Shown one piece after another: positions 1 to 10,371 of a stretch of DNA of 64,000 bases (positions within the stretch are counted from its first letter, which is position 1; each line of letters opens with the position of its first letter). The position numbers and the translations under genes were made by a program. The notes under the pieces were generated by a model. The model was not told the origin of the DNA. It worked only from the letters and a program-made list of their open reading frames with translations, and made no database searches. Location: positions 1-64,000 of the forward strand of contig JAKMXF010000012.1 in the NCBI GenBank assembly GCA_024704765.1, written 5' to 3'. This DNA is from Oopsacas minuta (taxonomy: Eukaryota > Animalia > Porifera).

Positions 1-209
1 TAGGGAGGTACAGAAAAAATGGTGTTTACTACCCTAGGGTGTATTTTTTAAGCACCACGGGAGCTCTCCTTCAAGGTGTGAACGGTCCTGACCCAGAGTA
101 CAAGTTCTATTTTGCTACAGCTGATGAATTGCTAGATGCGATGAAAACTGTTTTAGAATTAAACAAACAACAACAAGATTTGTTTGATGTATTCCACGAA
201 GAATTTTAG
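1..209 (+). CDS. 3' part of a second TXNDC12/AGR-like thioredoxin gene (truncated by window edge)
   Basis: 1-238 matches 4719-4956 with one visible mismatch before they diverge; encodes ...GRYRKNGVYYPRVYFL...DVFHEEF* with TAG at 207-209. Confidence 0.85.
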   Translation, partial: GRYRKNGVYYPRVYFLSTTGALLQGVNGPDPEYKFYFATADELLDAMKTVLELNKQQQDLFDVFHEEF

Positions 210-235
210 AATTTTAGTTCTCATCGTTTATCACA

Positions 236-490
236 TTATACGAAGGAAGGAATCTGATTGGCAAAACGTTGACCAATCAGATTCCTCCGAAAATGCATTG
301 ATTAATATGGGCGAGGTGTGAAAAATTCACATGTCTTGTCCATAAATGGTTCAATTCGAAAAATATTTCTTATTTGGAAAGGTTGAGTACGACTTAGTCG
401 ACACACAAAATTTGGATCGAATCGGTCCAGGCATCTCTGAGAAAACGCGCGGACACACATACATACACTTTGTTATATATATATAGATTA
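236..490. mobile_element. possible non-autonomous Helitron/HINE-like element
   Basis: Begins where homology to the 4.7-kb paralog stops; 14-bp perfect inverted repeat AGGAATCTGATTGG/CCAATCAGATTCCT (248-286), GAATCGGTCC, (ACAT)n microsatellite and TATATATATAGAT end, an architecture recalled from Lep1/DINE-type elements. Family assignment not verifiable here. Confidence 0.3.
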
Positions 491-930
491 TCTTCCCATT
501 TACTGTATTGGTTATATTGTATTACTAAGCTAGCTAATGGCTTTTTGCTGTGAGGTTATAAGGACCCAAGCATATGTCTGATCTAATGATTCTTGACTAC
601 AATTCTCTGAACCTCCGTTTTGTTATACAATACATTGCGTTCCCCCATTATGTTTTGATAATGGGGTCGTATCTATTTCCATATTTGTCTTGCATGAATC
701 CTAATAAGGAAATGATCTCTCAATACTTTAAGAAATGTAAAACTCAATAAAAAGTAAATATTTTAATTATTTCTAAGTAAATAAAATTTGTTACATAAAA
801 TCAACAAATTTGTTATTTATTTGTTTGTGTTTTGATTTATATTTCACGTACAGACTTTATTCGTAAATATTGTTTGTATTTTTATTTGAGTTTATTTTGC
901 ATATTAATACATTCATAAATATATATTCAG

Positions 931-1022
931 CAGCCTTTCCCAACCTTTATCACTTCTACCATTTTTGAGGTCCTGTGGACCCCCTACTGTCCAAGGGGTC
1001 CATGTATCGAGGTTGGGAACAG
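931..1022. mobile_element. degenerate hAT-type MITE
   Basis: CAGCCTTTCCCAACCT ... AGGTTGGGAACAGT imperfect terminal inverted repeats with internal GTGGACCCC motif; same family as the intact element at 52297-52379. Confidence 0.55.
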
Positions 1023-1188
1023 TTATATGAATTCCTTGTTACACAATTTGTAGCTAATTTACGAACAACGTATTTGTTAGAATGCTACACATACCAAGAA
1101 AAGCAACTTTGTTTACAAAACAAGTTATCACACTAAACAAGGTAATAATAAACAACATTCCATTCTAAAATAACACATTCCTACGTTG

Positions 1189-2136
1189 TCATGATAAGTC
1201 CATTTTCTTTGTTTTCCTGCTTGTCTCTATTCTAAGAGCTTTTCTCTTTCTCGTTTGTAGATTCGAGTAATCTTGTCTGTCCATATGAATTCTTCCTAGC
1301 TTAGATCCGTGTATATTGTAACTCACATTCTTTAAATGCCTTATCTGCCCAACTGTTGCTACCTTAATAGATTTCCTGAACAGTTTATCATCTGGTGGGT
1401 TATATCGTCTCATTTTAAAACACACCCTTGGACCCATTTCCTCTAGTCCACACACATTCCTTCCTTCCCTAACAACACGGTATACTCGCATATGTATATT
1501 TATGACGTCATTAGTTGAGAAGGTAATCACATGTTCTATAGAACTGAGTGGTAGCTTATCCGTGTTAGGCCCTCTGAAAATATCTAAAAATAGATTCTTG
1601 ACTTTACTCAGCTCAGCTTCAAACTGAGGGCCAAGAAATATGACCGCCGGATGGGACGTAACCGAAATTAGATCTGTCTTAAACTCTGAGATCGGTTTAT
1701 ATGACTCTACCCCTAATTCCACAATATCTAATACTTTATCGTCATAAACACGACCAAGAATAAGATTATCAGCTCGCTTCTTGGAGTGATTAGCTAACAC
1801 AAACATACCACATTCCATTCTAACGCATAGTTGTAACAAATACGAGCAATCCTGAAAAGGATAAATCATATTTTTCCTCTGTAGCCTTACCGAACTACGC
1901 TTCTTTAAATTATAGAAATCACCCAAACATTGTGTGATCAGTGAAGAGGTGTTTTGTCCCTTCAGGAATAGGGTCTGTTTGGTCCCCTCATGGAACTGAG
2001 GCTCTCTTGCGGCTAGGATCCGTCTCCCCTTGTGTGTCTTAGCTTTATGTAAAATCTTAGAAATAGGGGAAGATTTGTGTGTCGGCATTTGGAACTTTTG
2101 AGTGTTTATGAATTCTAATTGTGTATATCTGTGCAT
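1189..2136 (-). CDS. RPF2: ribosome production factor 2 (Brix domain), intronless
   Basis: 315-aa ORF: KTHKGRRILAAREPQFHEGTKQTLFLKG, HSKKRADNLILGRVYD, EEMGPR, SKLGRIHMDRQDYSNLQTRKRKAL typical of RPF2. Confidence 0.93.
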   Translation of the reverse strand: MHRYTQLEFINTQKFQMPTHKSSPISKILHKAKTHKGRRILAAREPQFHEGTKQTLFLKGQNTSSLITQCLGDFYNLKKRSSVRLQRKNMIYPFQDCSYLLQLCVRMECGMFVLANHSKKRADNLILGRVYDDKVLDIVELGVESYKPISEFKTDLISVTSHPAVIFLGPQFEAELSKVKNLFLDIFRGPNTDKLPLSSIEHVITFSTNDVINIHMRVYRVVREGRNVCGLEEMGPRVCFKMRRYNPPDDKLFRKSIKVATVGQIRHLKNVSYNIHGSKLGRIHMDRQDYSNLQTRKRKALRIETSRKTKKMDLS

Positions 2137-2318
2137 TGAAATTATTTTATGGGTTGTTATTAATTTATTATTTACCGTTATGGTCGATTTGGGTGTTAAT
2201 TTGTGAATATACCCACATCAGACCCCTCGGGGCATCTGAGAGTGGTTTATGAGTGCAATTTACTCCAACCCCTTGTTATGTTTGTTGTTTTTATTAATGA
2301 CAGATACAAGTTGTGTTT

Positions 2319-2549
2319 ATGAGGTCAACAACAAACTCTCCAAACACCAACACAAAGAAGGATGAGACTATAAACAAACACAAAGGTTTGAAAATCTACA
2401 AACATATTTGTTTACAATTCTTTACTTGTTATTATTTAGAATCACCTCTCTATAAAGTTACAGAATATTTCAGTTATAACAAACATTCGTATTACGATAT
2501 AGAAGAAGAGTTATTAGAGAAGAGATTACCTCAACCTAATCCATACTGA
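2319..2549 (+). CDS. NDUFV3: NADH dehydrogenase flavoprotein 3 (10-kDa subunit)-like; probable intron 2386-2439; 5' end uncertain
   Basis: C-terminus YKVTEYFSYNKHSYYDIEEELLEKRLPQP matches the conserved NDUFV3 tail pattern (Y..F.D....L.K.R.PQP); 54-nt GT..AG intron read through in frame by the ORF track. Divergent from RPF2. Confidence 0.7.
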   Translation: MRSTTNSPNTNTKKDETINKHKGLKIYKHICLQFFTCYYLESPLYKVTEYFSYNKHSYYDIEEELLEKRLPQPNPY

Positions 2550-2907
2550 TTATACAGCATTCCAATGTCAATATGTGTTGTCATGATACTTATCATGATT
2601 GTTTACTTGTTTACATATACTGTAGACTTGGTTTAGCGCCAAAAATTATTTTACCAACAAACTTATTAAATTAGCTAATTATAGATTACACAAATTGGAA
2701 CTAATAGCTAATACAGCATAGCAACTAATTCTATACAAGGAATGTGGCTAGTTATAACTGGAACTAATTTACATATTGAAAGCCATCTGACCTAACACAT
2801 CCGTAATTCTGTGAGACAATAGTCTCGTGGTAGAGTTCAAGGAAATGTGATTAGTTGTAACTTTCTATTTCACCACTTAACACCTGAATAATGAATGTAT
2901 GAATTTG

Positions 2908-2913
2908 TATAAA
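2908..2913 (+). promoter_or_regulatory. TATA box in the conserved NHL-cassette leader
   Basis: TATAAA ~50 bp upstream of the ATG, conserved as GTATAAATAC in all four close NHL copies. Confidence 0.5.
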
Positions 2914-2957
2914 TACAGTCTGTAAATGAGAATAATCATAAACAGAACAACAAACAA

Positions 2958-4121
2958 ATGGCCACCAAATACTCAGAAGAAATTCCTACCAACCCTTTCG
3001 AACTAACGGAACAGCTGATCCATTCCACCTTCGAGAAGATTATTAGGATTGCGATAGAAAGGAAAGATCAGCTGCTTGTCCAGCTGTTCGATATGAAGCA
3101 GGACTATCTAAGAAAGGAGAATACAAGAAAGAAACGAGTAGCAGACCTGGAGAAGCTAATCCAACAAGTCATGGAAACTAGCATTCAGCAAAATCCAATC
3201 CTCAAAGTCCAAGAGAGGCAACTAAACAACTTGGAAGAAGAAAAGATGAAATACAGTGAGCAAACACCTATCCCAATCCCTTCCTTCAATACTGAGGGTG
3301 TAGACTCTCTCCTAGAACAGCTGGAGAAGTTGGGGTCTATTCAGGCTATAGCTGGACTATACAGAAACAAGACTGAGCCAATCAGAAGGATAGGAAAATG
3401 TGGAAGAAAGAAAGGAGAGCTGAATTACCCTAATGGACTAGCTCTAGATGGAGATAAGATCTATATAGCAGATACATACAATAATAGAATACAGATCTTC
3501 TCTACAGAAGGTAAGTTCATTCATGAATTTGGTAAAGGGGAGCTAAAGTATCCATCCGGTATAGCATTATATAAGGAATGGGTGTTTATAAGTGATTCGA
3601 TACTTGGTGCTATATTTAAATTCTCTAAAATAAATTACAAATTAATTAAGAGTGTTAAGGGAGTTGTTAGTCACCCTTATGGTCTAACAACTGACACAAA
3701 TGTAGAAGTGTTAGTTGCAGATTTCGGTAATAATATAATTGCAGTATTCAGCTCTGATTTAGAATATATTAGAGAAATAGGAAAAGACAAACTTATAAAA
3801 CCGTGTGACGTCAAAATAAATAATAATAATATATTTGTAGCAGACAATAATGAGATTAATAATATACACATATTCTCTAAATCAGGTGATTTATTGAAAA
3901 GTTTCATAAAATTAGAAAATGGAAGATTCACTTTTCTGTGTTTTGATTTGTATAATAATATTATTATTAGCGATTATTGGGGAAATTCAATTAATATATT
4001 TACTGAAGATGGACAGCTGATACACAAAATTACATGTAATAATCCTACAGGAATTATTGTTAATAATAACTTTGATATTATTTGTGCTAATGATGGTGAT
4101 AATGTAATAAATATATATTAA
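2958..4121 (+). CDS. NHL-repeat six-blade beta-propeller protein with N-terminal coiled coil (copy 1), intronless
   Basis: 387-aa ORF; helical N-terminal ~130 aa then repeats such as [29 protein letters not shown]; no RING or B-box seen. Confidence 0.92.
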   Translation: MATKYSEEIPTNPFELTEQLIHSTFEKIIRIAIERKDQLLVQLFDMKQDYLRKENTRKKRVADLEKLIQQVMETSIQQNPILKVQERQLNNLEEEKMKYSEQTPIPIPSFNTEGVDSLLEQLEKLGSIQAIAGLYRNKTEPIRRIGKCGRKKGELNYPNGLALDGDKIYIADTYNNRIQIFSTEGKFIHEFGKGELKYPSGIALYKEWVFISDSILGAIFKFSKINYKLIKSVKGVVSHPYGLTTDTNVEVLVADFGNNIIAVFSSDLEYIREIGKDKLIKPCDVKINNNNIFVADNNEINNIHIFSKSGDLLKSFIKLENGRFTFLCFDLYNNIIISDYWGNSINIFTEDGQLIHKITCNNPTGIIVNNNFDIICANDGDNVINIY

Positions 4122-4441
4122 TTATATTGTTGTTGTTATTTACTTGTTTGTTTATTATTATTAAATATTTCTCTCACTTTATCACATTTTATTTATAAGA
4201 ATCTTAATGAAGGTGTCAACCAACAATTTTCCTATGTAATCTATTTAGAACTGTTTTTTTGTGGGCCCAATCCTGTCATTTGTGGTCCGTCAATGGGACA
4301 GGTGGTCTAACGTCTGAACAATCCATTAGGATTTGTCATAATTCACACCTGCCACTAGTTGTTAATCTTCGCTGAGGTGTTATAAATACATCACATAATA
4401 AGTGTTCATAATTACAATAATTAGACATTCCAACAGCTCAA

Positions 4442-4927
4442 ATGCTTCACTGCGTAATTCTAATAATAATAATTAAAGTATCATATATTCACACCTCATC
4501 CTACGAGGATACCTTTAACTCTATTTTCAATTGGGAGCCTTACTCTCCTTCATTTGAGATTCCCAGTCCATTACCGAGACCTGTTATGATATTATTTTAC
4601 GGGGAAAAGTGTTTTGCAAGCAGTCGATTCAAAAAAGAGCTAATCGCCTCTCCAGAGCTCATAGGGCTCAGTCAGGAATTCACTATGGTTAAAATAGAGA
4701 GGGGACATGACCCTGGTATAGGGAGGTACAGAAAAAATGGTGTTTACTACCCTAGGGTGTATTTTTTAAGCACCACGGGAGCTCTCCTTCAAGGTGTGAA
4801 CGGTCCTGACCCAGAGTACAAGTTCTATTTTGCTACAGCTGATGAATTGCTAGATGCGATGAAAACTGTTTTAGAATTAAACAAACAACAACAAGATTTG
4901 TTTGATGTATTCCACGAAGAATTTTAG
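4442..4927 (+). CDS. ER thioredoxin-fold protein, TXNDC12(ERp18)/AGR family, intronless
   Basis: Signal peptide; PVMILFYGEKCFAS (CxxS), GVYYPRVYFL and YKFYFATADELL align with TXNDC12 PLMVIIHKSWCGAC/GGYIPRILFL/YKYFY; C-terminal HEEF resembles KDEL-type ER retrieval signals. Confidence 0.85.
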   Translation: MLHCVILIIIIKVSYIHTSSYEDTFNSIFNWEPYSPSFEIPSPLPRPVMILFYGEKCFASSRFKKELIASPELIGLSQEFTMVKIERGHDPGIGRYRKNGVYYPRVYFLSTTGALLQGVNGPDPEYKFYFATADELLDAMKTVLELNKQQQDLFDVFHEEF

Positions 4928-5142
4928 AATTTTAGTTCTCATCATTTATCACATTATTAGCTCAAAATTTTCATAATTAGAAATCACCATGACAACCAAA
5001 AGAATGTTTAATTAGAGTACTCTACTATCTGTATGATTAATCTAATTAACTATTAATAATTGTTCTATTAATAGAACACTTGTCTACTATATAAATTGTA
5101 TTCATAGATTCCTTAGTTACATATTAGTGTAGTTGGAATTCA

Positions 5143-6483
5143 ATGCCACCAAAATTAGATCCCACTGAAGTTAAGATTAGTAAGTTATTACATAAGAACT
5201 TCAAATAGTAGCCCGGGGTGATTATTCATATTTAACACCCTTGTACGGGGACATAGTATATATATTCACCAACTCCCTAACGTGCTTCTGTGACGTGTTA
5301 TGTCCCAGTTTCCATGGTTACCTCGTTGGTATTTGGCTACACCCTTAGCGAGGGAGGGTATCATCGGATGAGGCTACTCTTTGAGGTATTATTTGTTATA
5401 GTTCTTATTTGATTTGTGATGTTTGTTTAGTATACGTCAGAGCTGTTGGAGGAGAATCCGGGAACTCTGCTACCCTGGCACCTAAAATTGGTCCTCTAGG
5501 ATTGGTGAGTTCATACAATCTGTAGGTGTGAAATAGGAATGTTATTAATATCCCAATCCTACAGGAAAATTTTAAAACTCAGAATTTGTTAATTTTGCGT
5601 ATAACGTGACAATCGTAATACTCTCTTATTAACTATTGTACCAATAACAGGCTCCAAAGAAGGTAGGAGAGGACATATCCAAATGTACACAAGCCTACAA
5701 GGGTCTACGTGTTACTGTCAAATTGACTATCCAGAACAGACAGGCCCAGGTAGAGATCGAGCCGAGTGCTAGTACCTTGATTATTCATGCACTCAAGGAA
5801 CCCGCCAGAGATAGAAAGAAAGTCAAGAATAGTAAGTTTACACTTCTTAGTTACCGGATAGGATATTTGGAATGTGCAGTTATATAACACATATGGCGTC
5901 AATTAATTGTGTTGGTTGTTATTTGTGCAATTTCTAGTTAGACATGCTGGTAATTTGACACTAGACCAGATAAAGGAGATAGCTCACAGTCTGGAGTATA
6001 AGTCCCTGTCTAAGAGCTTCACCGGAACTGTCCTCCAGGTGTTAGGTACAGCTCAATCAGTCGGTGAGTAGTATTATACCGGATATAATACATACAGTTC
6101 TCATATATTCCTGTATATTCATACCGGTTATCAGAACATGTCGTGCTACTCCTAAGGGTGTTCTTATAACCGGTATACCCTGTGTATAGTATTCAGGGAT
6201 CATAGAGTAGTCAGTATTCGCATAGTTCAGTTATATTTGAGATAATTAGCCGAGTACATAGAGATGCCATTCAGTATCCATTGTCCGAATGACTTATCGA
6301 CAGCAGGTTTGGGAAACAGCTGTCCTGTATGTAATATATGAAACGGGGACTATATTATCCATGGTTCTTATCCGACTTATCATGTTATAACAGTAATTTA
6401 ATATAGGTTGTAACGTCGAGAAGAGGACTCCTAGAGAGATAATAGAAGCTATAAGAGCAGGAGACATCGATGTAGAATCTTAG
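5143..6483 (+). CDS. RPL12: 60S ribosomal protein L12 (uL11), 5 exons
   Basis: Spliced exons (~5143-5179, 5431-5504, 5651-5831, 5937-6064, 6407-6483) give [21 protein letters not shown]...[19 protein letters not shown]...[29 protein letters not shown]...[13 protein letters not shown]...DIDVES*. Confidence 0.95.
5215..5358 (+). repeat. short interspersed repeat family A (~140 bp, unclassified); other copies ~7950-8085(-), 17944-18096(+), 29084-29235(+), 50024-50165(-), partial 23575-23615
   Basis: Shared core ATTCACCAACTCCCTAACGTGCTTCTGTGACGTGTTATGTCCCAGTTTCCATGGTTACCTC, starting GGGGTGATTATTCATAT and ending near CTACACCCC; the five full copies are intronic, in both orientations. Confidence 0.85.
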
Positions 6484-6660
6484 TTTGTTATTGTTTACTA
6501 GTGATTATTTAGTTGAATTTAGTTAGTGTTTATTCACTCAAAACTTTGCAAATATTTATTTTTTCACAGCCTAGGCCAGTTGGGACTTTGGCCTAGGAGA
6601 TGACTGCTCCAGTATCCATGGTCCATATAATAGTTCTATTTATAGTATCAATTAGTTAGC

Positions 6661-7224
6661 ATGCCTAAGGATTCTTCCCGCCCTAAGCGAGCTCTGGGTC
6701 CGTATAACTTCTTCGTAAAAGAACGTAGACAGCATTACAAGGACAATAATCTAGCGATTAATTTCTCAGATTTCTCAAAAGAATGTAGTAACATTTGGAA
6801 AAGCATGGATGATACGGATAAATCAAAATTCCAGAAAAGCGTCGAGGCAGATAAGTTAAGATATGAGAAGGAAATGGCGCGCTATACCCCTGAGCCTGTA
6901 CAGAAAGGGGGGAGGAAGAAGAAGACCAAGGATCCGAACCAGCCCAAGCGACCCCTCTCTGGATTTTTCTTCTTCTGTCAGAAAATAAGACCGACATTCC
7001 GCGGGCAGGATCCCAAGGCCTCTGTAGGAGAGCTGGCCAAGAAATTAGGCGCCGAATGGCAGCAGTATTCCCAGGAAGAAAAGGCGCCATATGAGGATAT
7101 GGCGCGTAAAGATAAGAAAAGATATGAGCGGGAAATGGAAATATTCAAAAGTGATGGAAAAAAGGGCGCCAATTCTGCTGAACCAATCGACGATGATAGT
7201 TCCAATTCTGATGATAAGGATTAG
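6661..7224 (+). CDS. HMGB-type high mobility group protein, two HMG boxes, intronless
   Basis: PKRALGPYNFFVKERR...FSDFSKECSNIW and DPNQPKRPLSGFFFFCQKIRP...VGELAKKLGAEW; short acidic tail. Confidence 0.93.
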   Translation: MPKDSSRPKRALGPYNFFVKERRQHYKDNNLAINFSDFSKECSNIWKSMDDTDKSKFQKSVEADKLRYEKEMARYTPEPVQKGGRKKKTKDPNQPKRPLSGFFFFCQKIRPTFRGQDPKASVGELAKKLGAEWQQYSQEEKAPYEDMARKDKKRYEREMEIFKSDGKKGANSAEPIDDDSSNSDDKD

Positions 7225-7575
7225 TATACTTCCTAGCAACCAGATCTCTTGTTTGGAATTTGATTATTGAATTAATTCTATCTTAAAATGTACTCTTTAA
7301 TCTAGTCTATTTATAGTAACATCATTCTTCCCTGATTAAAACTATTAATTATTTTACAAGTTCGAAGGTGTTATAGGGGATAACTTATTTATCATATGAT
7401 TAATCATAATTTAACACCTTTTAGATTAGCTTCCACCAGCTGATTATCTGACACTTTCAAATGTCTAACACGATTCAATAGATAATTAATTAGCTACGAA
7501 GCGTGATAATCTTAATATGCACATTGTTGTGTATATAATTTAGCCTAATAGTAACACATGGAACTATAACTGGAA

Positions 7576-10136
7576 CTAATTCATAGTATCATTGGGCCTC
7601 TCACGTTTAGAGGGAGATTCTATGTCATAGCTCTCATCAGCTGGTCGTTTTATTGTCTGCATAACTTGGTGTAGAGGTTGTGTTACGAAAAGGTCATCTC
7701 CTTTCTTGTGTAAATAGAAATTGTTTTCTAGTTTCTTCTCTTTGAGGAACTCTAGACCCTAAATAAACAAGTAAACAAATAACCAGATAGAGAAGTAGAT
7801 ACACAAGTAAACAAACAAACCAACTCACTTCACCAAAATATGTAATAGATGGACATATCTCTACTTGTACCCCGCTAGAAGTCTCTGTATCAGATGCTCT
7901 TCTATAAATAAACACATTATCATCTTATCGTTATTATTGATAGACGATCTCCTCCCTCAAGGGTGTAGTAAATACCATGAGGTAACCATGGAAACTGGGA
8001 CATAACACGTCACAGAAGCACGCTAGGGAGTTGGTGAATTTACATATGTCCCCTCTCCAAGGTATTAAAATAAGAATGATCACTCCTTTGGGTACACTAA
8101 CTAACCTCCTAGGAATAAAGGGAAGAGAATATCCGTTCTTATCAACTACACTTCCGCCAGCTGCTAATATGAACCTAAATTTGTAAAGGGGGTTATAACA
8201 AACAAACAAACAAACAAATATATATATTTTTTTACCTGTAGTGAAGATCGTATACAGCTGCTCTACTCGTATAAGGGGACTCTTTAGCTACCCCAGGGGG
8301 GTTCTTGAGGGGAGCAAACTCATTCTCTCTGACAATTTCAAGGACAGCTAAGTTCTTTGAGAACTGAAATACGTCAAATACGAATTTCTCCATTTTTATT
8401 CCACTATTGAAACTCGGAGATATCCTACATATTTCAGGTATAATATCGTTACTAAGGACACAAGGGGATCATGAGAACATGCACCCATGGTACAAGTTCC
8501 ACAAAGGCCCTTGGCAAACCCCCTAGAGTGCCAATTGATCAAATGATAACTATCCATAGTCCACTATAATAATCTACATACATTTTCCCATCAGCATCAA
8601 CATAAGGTATTTTCTTCTTAGCACTATGATATGGTAATTTGCTTGAGTACTTCTTAGCTACATCAAGCAGGAAATCTATCCTAAAATAATGTATAGCTAT
8701 GTTTCCCCAGCGGAATGTCAGTTCTCCGTTAGTGTCCCTTTGCTCAGCGTCTTCAAAGGATAGCTCACTGTATTCTACTATCTGGAATTCTCCATTTACT
8801 CTAGCAAATACTCCGACAGGTTCTGAAGGCATTAGCTTCTTGACTACCTACACAGATTGTATACGGACTATATGCTTATTAGATATTGAACCATGGATGG
8901 TGGATTAGTGTATTAGCATACAGCTCATATAGGGAGATGGCTTATTAAGTGAAAAAGGTTGAAAACTGCTGTCCTAATGGAAGTACATGGTGTAACGAAC
9001 CTAGCAGCACGAGTTATATGAAAATGGGTTCATAAATTATTCACACCTCTCTATCTAGTTAACCGAAATAATTACAGCTAATACCTTATTTCCACAATCT
9101 GCATTCTTCTCCACACAAAATCCAGTAAATATTGGATCAGCAATCTTAACGAGTACATTATCAACACAGTACACATGTATGTCTTCTATTCCACGTGACA
9201 CCATGTCACTCAGGACTCCACTTAACTCTAGCGCCTCATAAAGTGCGCCATTTCCTCCTGGCGCTTTTGCTATTCTGTGTTTTTCTTTTAATAGTATTTT
9301 TCCTTCAAAATCTAGACAAGGAACCTGTTTCTGTTCGAAGAATATTACTTGTTTATGATCTATTCCAAAATATTTATTCTCCTTAAAGAAGGCTACTGAT
9401 TGGTTCTTTGTGTCCTCACTTGTCATTATGTACCTATTGATAAACAAGTAAACAAACAAGTAAACAAACTGACAGATAGACAAACCAACAAACAAACAAT
9501 CCTACCAAGGAATAACAACTTGACAGTTGTACTTCTCTCCTACAATAGTCTGTAATCTGAGCAATCTCTCAGCTTGTATTTGATACAAACTCTTCTCACT
9601 CAATAGTCCTATGTTATACATACCTTTTGGGTAGGTAACACCTAGTCTGGTACCCTGCCCCCCTGCCAGGAGGACAGCACACACCTTCCCTTTAGAGATC
9701 CTCTCCATACCTATAGAAGTAAACAAACAAATGAATAAGTAAACAATATGCAAATAAGTCAAAACACACAAAAATTTCTAAATAAACAATTTAATACACC
9801 TTGAAACAAACAAACAAACAAACAAACAAACAAACAAACAAACAAACAACAAACAAACAAATCACCTATTTTCTCCCATAATTTGAGCTTTGCTTTATCT
9901 CTCAAAACTGATCCACAAGCCTCTGGAGGTATAGGCTCCATTTTGATTGGTTCAACCTGCTCAACAGCTGTGTTACTCTGTTCTTGGCGCCAAAACTCGT
10001 TAATTTCATCAAAGTTAATATTATGAATATCTTCAGTCAATAAGGACAGCTGATCATTACTCAAATCAGCTGAGAATCTCAACAGCTGTTCTTGATTGTG
10101 TTCCCGTACCTTTTGTCTAGCAGACTCTAATTCCAT
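7576..10136 (-). CDS. UAP1: UDP-N-acetylhexosamine pyrophosphorylase, multi-exon
   Basis: Exons encode [83 protein letters not shown]; last exon read by eye ends ...PNDTMN* (TAG 7578-7576). Confidence 0.93.
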
Positions 10137-10371
10137 TGGTATATACTGGTTGCTAGGGTAGCCTTTTGGTCAGAAGTGTGAATATATCACATATAGAATT
10201 GGTAATTATTGTCCCTCACAAGTAACTACTCCCTATCCCATTTCTAAATATAAACAAGCTATCGCATATAATAAGGGTGATCTCTCAATAATATATAAAC
10301 AAAAACAAACTTGTATATACACAAGAACATAATCAAATAAACAACAATAATAATAATAATAATAATCATCA

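Noticed and set aside
574-750. 58-aa hydrophobic ORF with SCMNP reminiscent of GPCR TM7
   Set aside because: Too short, in-frame stop just upstream, no other helices or NPxxY; cannot be supported.
6175-6310. TCAGGGATCAT in RPL12 intron 4 resembling U3 box A, or an intronic snoRNA
   Set aside because: No boxes B/C/D in the expected order and no convincing H box; neighbouring sequence is repeat family E and hAT fragments.
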